DNA of 64,000 bases, taken from Gekko japonicus (taxonomy: Eukaryota). The stretch lies in the NCBI RefSeq assembly GCF_001447785.1, contig NW_015173683.1, forward strand, positions 1,074,243-1,138,242, given 5' to 3'. Of the stretch, positions 62,177 through 64,000 are shown piece after piece. The notes under the pieces were generated by a model. The model saw only the letters and a list, made by a program, of their open reading frames with translations, ran no database searches and was not told where the DNA came from. The position numbers and the translations under genes are program-made. Each line of letters starts with the position of its first letter. The stretch's first letter is position 1.

Positions 62177-62646
62177 AGACATTTGAAGTGTATACAGATA
62201 TGATATCTGGCTATTAGATTTAACTCACTTGTTTTTCTCCTTTTTTTCCAATTTCTGCATTCTAGGTGCATTTTTCTTCTGGAGACAAGGAGAACCCACT
62301 CCCAAGAAATCCGTATGTTTGAGGTTCCCCCTCTGCCATGGAATCCTGGCCTTTGCTGGCCTGGGTCTTCCTCCTTAGTCTGCTTGCCAGCCACCTGAAA
62401 GTAATTCAAGCCCGAGACTTTACAGTAAAAGATATTGTCTACCTTCACCCTTCAAGTAAGTTGAATATATCTTAATATATAGCTTAATATAGCATGTCCC
62501 TGTGCAAAGGCTTTGAGCAGGGGAGGCAAGATAACATTCAAAGAGCAGATGCAGTGGGTGGAGCGAACAGACTAGATTTTGTAGCAAATTGAATGGCTTT
62601 CTAAAATGGAGAGAGTTGTGTAATTGGAAGACTTGTGCTGTTTCAG

Positions 62647-62803
62647 ACCAGTGGGGACAGCCAATGCCTTCCAAGCCTGCAAACGTTCATAGCTCTTCCC
62701 TCGGCATTGCTCATAAACCGCTGAAGAACTTTTCAGTGACAAACGTGATAGATCAGTGGAACCTTCAGAGACAGCATACCTCAGTTTTATCCACCACCAG
62801 CAT
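62647..62803 (+). other. Candidate 157-bp exon of an unidentified host transcript
   Basis: Acceptor tgctgtttcag|A, donor CAT|gtgagt, one open frame (QWGQPMPSKPANVHSSSLGIAHKPLKNFSVTNVIDQWNLQRQHTSVLSTTS); no recognised homology. Confidence 0.3.
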
Positions 62804-63594
62804 GTGAGTGCTGCTTGTCAGCTACAATCCCCATTAAACAGATGGATAAATAAAAAACTCTTACTTTAAAATGCTTCTGGAAACAAGGCAAATGTTGGCA
62901 ATTAAATGGGTCACAAAAGTAGTGGTTTTTAACTGCTGACTGTGACTTTCTTGCCCCCTCCAAATAAAGTAGACCATAACAACCACAAAGTGCTTCTGGA
63001 AAGATGGCACTGAATGCTAATAGTGGCAATTTAATATATTATGAAAACAAAACAATGATGGTTCAGGCTGAAGCCCATTTTCCCTTCATATCAATGATCC
63101 TTCTGCGAAAAAGATATGACTGGGAATCTGCATATCTGTCTTTTGCCTGTGGATGAAGGTTGCTGAATTCTTCTGACTTACTTTTTCTTCATCTTCCTTG
63201 ACTATGCTGTACCTAATTACAGGTAAACTCCTGTACACAATTCAAGAAATCCATGTTTTAAAAGAAGGCACAATTGGGTTGCACAAAGGCACATTTATGG
63301 AGTTTCTTGCAGTGTTATTAGTACCACTCCCCCCAAAAAGGAGAAACAACAACCTGGGAGGAAGAAATAATTTACCTTTTCCGCCCCACTTCCAGGGACA
63401 AGTCAGTGTTCCCAAAGAATGCAGATGCAGAATCTTATATTCTAATAGTGAAGATGGCAAATCTTTGGATACTTATCTAGTGGCTGGGGCTGTGAATGGG
63501 CATGACAGGTCTTTCTACAAACCTGAAAAGGGGCCCAGGTTTGCAAAAAAATGTGAAACCTAAAAAACATACATTGGGGAGTTTTAAAAAATTG

Positions 63595-63930
63595 TGAAAC
63601 GGAGCTATTCTGCCAGGCCTTTGGCTGAGATGGCGGACTCCCAATTATTTGGGCCTCCCCTGCTGAAAATCGCCCCTTGAAACCTGCCCATGTTACTGAC
63701 CTGTTATTGCACTTTTGGCCGGTGAGCCCTCTCTTTGTTGCTGTTTTACTGCCGCAGGACTTAGAAATTATTGCCACTTAGATTAACTTTCTTTTAACTG
63801 TTTTAACTATTATTGTTTATATGATTTTTAAAAAACTGTCTGGGTATTTTCTCCTGAGGCTTACCCCCCCCCCTTGAGCTCGCTTGTGGGAAGGGCAGGA
63901 TATATATTGAACAAAATAAATAAATAAAAT
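63595..63930 (+). mobile_element. L2-like 3' end
   Basis: Similar to 52374-52702; ttgagctcgcttgtgggaagggcaggatata + (AAAT)n. Confidence 0.65.
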
Positions 63931-64000
63931 CTGAAAATGGTAAAGGAGCACATGTAGCTTTACAAATGGATTCCCTTAGTGGTAACTACAGTATTCCCAG

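Noticed and set aside
62718-62762. Hammerhead-like CTGAAGA-ACT-TTTC-AGT-GACA
   Set aside because: GAAA box is GACA and helices I/III do not pair; probably chance

Overview
Eukaryotic, repeat-rich, essentially non-coding DNA (intron or intergenic) from a squamate reptile, most likely a gecko. This is inferred from Sauria-type and gecko-type tRNA SINEs, CR1/L2 LINEs and hAT MITEs. The draft assembly has five N gaps. No host protein-coding gene is recognisable; there is only one weak candidate exon (62647-62803). Most ORF-track entries are spurious translations of repeats. The only real protein-coding relics are from transposons: a CR1 ORF2 (~20400-22170, +), an L2 ORF2 (~18195-20240, -) and a 5'-truncated Neptune-type Penelope-like element (PLE; RT + GIY-YIG, ~24960-27333, -) whose terminal repeat carries a minimal hammerhead-ribozyme motif. 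Most notable: (1) a non-coding 590-bp insertion with PLE-style architecture (perfect 55-bp inverted end, 39-bp tail, 13-bp TSD); (2) hammerhead-like motifs in PLE ends; (3) a family of cruciform, Harbinger-like MITEs; (4) hAT MITEs carrying repeated octamer-like/CACCC motif pairs, one a composite with two right ends; (5) a chimeric SINE with a Sauria-like head and an L2-like tail; (6) a duplicated composite element carrying a nested SINE; (7) tandem duplications whose breakpoints sit inside TE ends. Family names come from remembered motifs, not database searches.
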